Positions 61,201 through 64,000 of a DNA stretch of 64,000 nucleotides are shown here, in pieces. The DNA comes from Candidatus Latescibacterota bacterium. Its GTDB lineage: Bacteria; Latescibacterota; UBA2968; GCA-2709665. The translations under genes and the position numbers were made by a program. The notes under the pieces were generated by a model. That model saw nothing but the letters and a program-made list of their open reading frames with translations. It was not told where the DNA came from and did not search any database. The stretch is from the NCBI GenBank assembly GCA_963667175.2, contig CAXXXF010000018.1, positions 192,001 through 256,000 of the forward strand, given 5' to 3'. Every line of letters begins with the position of its first letter. The first letter of the stretch is position 1.

Positions 61201-63568
61201 CAGAGTCAAGAATCCCGAGAAGCTGTTGGACCGGGCCCTCCTGTGGCTGCACGAACAGGAGGTCATACGACTCCACAAGGGCCTCGCGGTATTCCGTCAG
61301 GCGATGACGATCAGATTGACGGATGAGAGGCGAGGCTTCGCTGCGCCCGATTTCGAACCGCTGAGGCTCCATTACAAAGGCCAGGCCATGCAGATCCACG
61401 TCATGGCCGAATTCGCACAGCGCGGGCTCGAGAATATGGCCGACGCCGTACGAATGTCGATCGACTATTTCACACTCAAACAGGAAGATTTCCTTCGGCG
61501 GTGGCTGCCGGACAGGGGCAGAGAGATCCAGCGGGAAACCACACCCGAATCCTGGCGGGCAATCGTCGAGAGCCTGAAGAATCCAGTCCAGCAGCGCATC
61601 GTCGCGGACGATCGCGAGCAGGTGAACGTGCTGGTGCTGGCCGGGCCGGGGTCCGGGAAAACGCGGGTGCTGGTCCATCGCATCGCGTATCTCATCCGCG
61701 CAAGGCGGGAAAATCCTCGCGGCGTCCTCGCGCTGGCCTACAACCGGCACGCGGCAGTCGAAATCCGGAAACGCCTGAATGAATTGATCGGCAACGACGC
61801 CCGGGGGGTGACGGTGTTGACCTGTCACGCCCTGGCCATGCGTCTTGTCGGGGTGAGTTTCCAGGAACGCGAGCGGTGGCCGCTGGACGACGAGGCATTT
61901 CGGGAGGTCCTGCGCCAGGCGGTGAAACTGCTGCGCGGCGAAGGTCTGGAGCCCGAGGAAGCGGACGAGCAGCGGGAGCGGCTGCTCAGGGGATTCCGCT
62001 GGATCCTGGTGGACGAATACCAGGATATCGGCGCGGAACAGTATGAATTGATATCGGCGCTGGCCGGACGGACCCTGGAAGACGAGGATCGAAAACTCAC
62101 CCTGTTCGCAGTCGGCGACGACGATCAGAACATCTACGCATTCAGCGGCGCATCCGTGGAATTCATCCGACGATTCGAAGCGGATTACGGTCCGAGACCC
62201 ACGTACCTGATCGAAAACTATCGATCAACCGCCCACATCATCGAAGCGTCCAACACGTTGATCAAACCTGCCCGCCAACGTCTGAAGTCTGAATATCCCA
62301 TCCGCATCGACGGGGCGCGCAGGAAGAACCCGCCGGGCGGCGATTGGAACAGTTTGGACCCTGTCGCCGGTGGCCGCGTCCAGGTGCTGCCTTGTGTGAG
62401 AGATCCAATCTCGCAGGCGCAGGTTGCGATGGCGGAATTGCAGCGGCTCGCCGGACTGTCTGAGCATTGGGATTGGTCCGCCTGCGCGGTGATCGCGCGC
62501 GAGTGGAAATATCTGGATCCCGTGCGGGCATTCTGCGAAGTCAACGGTATTCCGGCGCAGATGGCGAACGAGGGAATCCCCAGCTTCTGGCGCCTGCGGG
62601 AGACCCGCGCCCTTGTAGAATGGCTGCGCGGCAGGGACGTTCGGCTGGTGGATGGTGCGGGCATACGTGAATGGTTGGACGCTCAGCCGAACGGTACCTG
62701 GACCGATCTGCTCTGGCAGGCCCTTGAAGAGCACGCCCTGGAAACCGGCGGCACGGAAGTGGCGGTGGACCACTTCATCGAGTGGCTGGCGGAGTGGGGG
62801 CGCGACGTTCGCCGCCGCCAGCGCGGGTTATTGTTGTCGACCGCACACCGCGCCAAGGGGCTGGAATTCGATCACATCGTGGTGCTGGACGGCGGCTGGG
62901 ACAGGGTCGATCGGGGCGAGGACCCCGACGCGCCACGCAGGCTCTACTACGTGGCGATGACACGGGCAAGGCAGACGCTTGCGCTCGTGCGCTTCCAGGA
63001 ATCGCGGCGAGCAGACGGCCCCTCGCGGTCAGATCTCGTACGAGAGCCCGCGCCACAGGCGTACGGAGAGCGACTCCACGCGCTGCCCTACAGGTTTCCC
63101 GCCAATGGATCAATCCTACACCGCGAGCCCGTCGCGGTCCCGGCGGACACCGTTGAACTCAGCCGTCAATATAGACGGCCGACGTTGCGCGAGGTCGATC
63201 TGGGATTTTCGGGGCGACGAACCGCCAGTCACCCGGTGCATCACGCGATCGCCGCGCTGTCAACCGGAGATTCGCTCAAGACGAGAATCAACCATAACGG
63301 ACGTTGGGAAATTCTGAACGGGTCGGAGACGGTGGTAGGACGACTTGCTGAGGTGTTTGAGCCGCCGCCTGGGATGCAATGCACATCCGCAACAGTCTAC
63401 GCGGTCGTTACCTGGAGCCGCGAGGCGACGGACCCGGATTACCAGAAGCTTGCAAAATGCGATACCTGGGAGGTTGTGGTGCCGGAACTGGTCTTCGAGC
63501 CGGTTAACGGCCAAAGGGATTGCGCGTCTTCAGTTCCGGGAACAACGAGAAATCACGATCCCGTGTGA
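58295..63568 (+). CDS. DnaQ-like exonuclease + RecQ (SF2) helicase + UvrD (SF1) helicase fusion
   Basis: IDLE/GHN..FD/DT; LPTGTGKSLCYQ, DEAHCLSRWGHDFR, TATA, QEAGRAGRD; AGPGSGKT, VDEYQD, VGDDDQ, NYRST, HRAKGLEF, YVAMTRA. Confidence 0.88.
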   Translation: MDSGIPHRVASIDLEVDRQNGRIRAFAAVRSDRDQTLIFNRGNLATALRDLDDFINGVDFLLGHNLMGFDLPHLAAAKSSLRLLRLPAVDTLKLNPLAFPRNPYHCLVKHYQDPQLKQGRLNDPELDARLALELFRDQCDALEAVGGDNPELLLAWHWLATASGDRAKSDAFSENERIGCSGFFRALRRSHRPSGIEARTAIRGLLKGNACENHGQDVEQNVDHGDWPLAYALAWLSVAGGNSVMPPWVRHQFPEAGRFVRRLRDKPCGRQDCEWCGERHDPRKELNRWFGFDHFRPEPAGADGRPMQQSICEAAMAGDHVLGILPTGTGKSLCYQIPALSRYDKTGALTVVISPLVALMADQVAGLEASGITSCVAINGLLSMPERADALDRVRLGDAAIVLVSPEQLRSQSFRRVLDQREIGAWVLDEAHCLSRWGHDFRSDYRYIGRFIREKAGQESIPPLICLTATAKPDVVADVRQHFQDELGIQLRVFDGGAQRTNLDFVVVQTTEPEKFAHVHQILMADLPPETPGGAIVYCATQRQTEEAAQFLQLKEVEAEHFHAGLSPETKKDVQQRFIGSELRVITATNAFGMGIDKPDVRLVIHADIPGSLENYMQEAGRAGRDRKTARCVLLYTADDVERQFGMSARSRLTRREIHGVLRALRNLDRKKRLGGEVVATSGEILGEDDELVFERDSATDDTRVRTAVSWLEESVLLSREENRVQIFPSSLRVDTVKEASARFQRRRITEGYRRQLLRIVEALIDANPDEGISTDELMGVAGLSPEGVRGAMFDLERLGIATNDTALTAFVHAGVINHSRKRFEVAEELEVALIAHMREAAPDMYKGDSSTLHLRVASQKLRDADVVDPLPERLWRILRSIAADGRGEGGDAGSLGIRRRDGETVHVELRREWSDLQELASRRREGAKRLLDHLLASLPPGSRGTDLLAETTLGKLLDAITCDIVLKSRVKNPEKLLDRALLWLHEQEVIRLHKGLAVFRQAMTIRLTDERRGFAAPDFEPLRLHYKGQAMQIHVMAEFAQRGLENMADAVRMSIDYFTLKQEDFLRRWLPDRGREIQRETTPESWRAIVESLKNPVQQRIVADDREQVNVLVLAGPGSGKTRVLVHRIAYLIRARRENPRGVLALAYNRHAAVEIRKRLNELIGNDARGVTVLTCHALAMRLVGVSFQERERWPLDDEAFREVLRQAVKLLRGEGLEPEEADEQRERLLRGFRWILVDEYQDIGAEQYELISALAGRTLEDEDRKLTLFAVGDDDQNIYAFSGASVEFIRRFEADYGPRPTYLIENYRSTAHIIEASNTLIKPARQRLKSEYPIRIDGARRKNPPGGDWNSLDPVAGGRVQVLPCVRDPISQAQVAMAELQRLAGLSEHWDWSACAVIAREWKYLDPVRAFCEVNGIPAQMANEGIPSFWRLRETRALVEWLRGRDVRLVDGAGIREWLDAQPNGTWTDLLWQALEEHALETGGTEVAVDHFIEWLAEWGRDVRRRQRGLLLSTAHRAKGLEFDHIVVLDGGWDRVDRGEDPDAPRRLYYVAMTRARQTLALVRFQESRRADGPSRSDLVREPAPQAYGERLHALPYRFPANGSILHREPVAVPADTVELSRQYRRPTLREVDLGFSGRRTASHPVHHAIAALSTGDSLKTRINHNGRWEILNGSETVVGRLAEVFEPPPGMQCTSATVYAVVTWSREATDPDYQKLAKCDTWEVVVPELVFEPVNGQRDCASSVPGTTRNHDPV

Positions 63569-63941
63569 GCAGCGTGTCCACGCCGTGAACAAGGCAAATC
63601 GCAACCACCCGGGCGTCGTGTACGACTGCGCCGCGCACCCGTGGTCGCTGCACCAGACTGCCCAGCACGGTCGAGAAACCGCTTGTTTCACCAAGCAGTC
63701 GATTGCTCGGAGATAAGATCCATGCTTCAAGTTGTCGCCATGCGTTTTTTGGTGACGTGGCCGATTCATTCCAGATCCTCCGGTTCGTAACAACGCTGAG
63801 GAATTCATAACAGCAGGGCCAGGGTATCGCCCATATTCGCTCTCCTTCGCTGAGTTCCCTCAGTACGGCAGATGCCGTTTCATATTCACGCGATTCCTTG
63901 CGGTGCGCGTAGACAAGCAGATTCGTATCAACGGCAGTCAC
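63504..63941 (-). CDS. vapC: VapC family PIN toxin
   Basis: AVDTNLLVYAH, EFLSVVTN, VHDARV, LLTRDRDF. Confidence 0.88.
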   Translation of the reverse strand: MTAVDTNLLVYAHRKESREYETASAVLRELSEGERIWAIPWPCCYEFLSVVTNRRIWNESATSPKNAWRQLEAWILSPSNRLLGETSGFSTVLGSLVQRPRVRGAVVHDARVVAICLVHGVDTLLTRDRDFSLFPELKTRNPFGR

Positions 63942-64000
63942 CTGGTATCCACGTCTCCATAGATGATTTCGCGCAGATCCTGCCACGAGTAGGATTCTAA
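63938..64000 (-). CDS. 3' end of a probable VapB antitoxin (partial)
   Basis: Open frame LESYSWQDLREIIYGDVDTR* whose stop overlaps the vapC start (GTGA). Confidence 0.6.
   Translation of the reverse strand, partial: LESYSWQDLREIIYGDVDTR

Overview
GC-rich (about 60-65% by eye) bacterial chromosomal window. The gene repertoire resembles uncultured Latescibacterota/Gemmatimonadota-like heterotrophs, which is an inference. Housekeeping genes: lepA-lepB-hemW-thrB, lon, rsgA, two lolC/E paralogs, mutY, aroC, mtnA, rsfS, carA and pyrC. They are interleaved with catabolic clusters (Gfo/Idh/MocA oxidoreductases, enolase-superfamily enzymes, a SelA-like PLP enzyme, amidohydrolases, a sulfatase, a lyase-like protein). 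Most notable: (1) a 14.8-24.1 kb accessory array in which three progressively decayed copies of a fused MNT-HEPN gene each precede an exported cargo gene (PhoX, and two paralogous EF-hand/dockerin-metalloprotease[-FGE/CLec] proteins); (2) a family of fold-back elements with heptamer arms, found in gene leaders; (3) a CxxU SelW/Rdx selenoprotein with a SECIS-like hairpin that the ORF track misses; (4) a ~1750-aa exonuclease-RecQ-UvrD fusion next to a VapBC pair. I saw no rRNA, tRNA, CRISPR array, transposase or reverse transcriptase. All calls come from reading motifs; no database searches were run.
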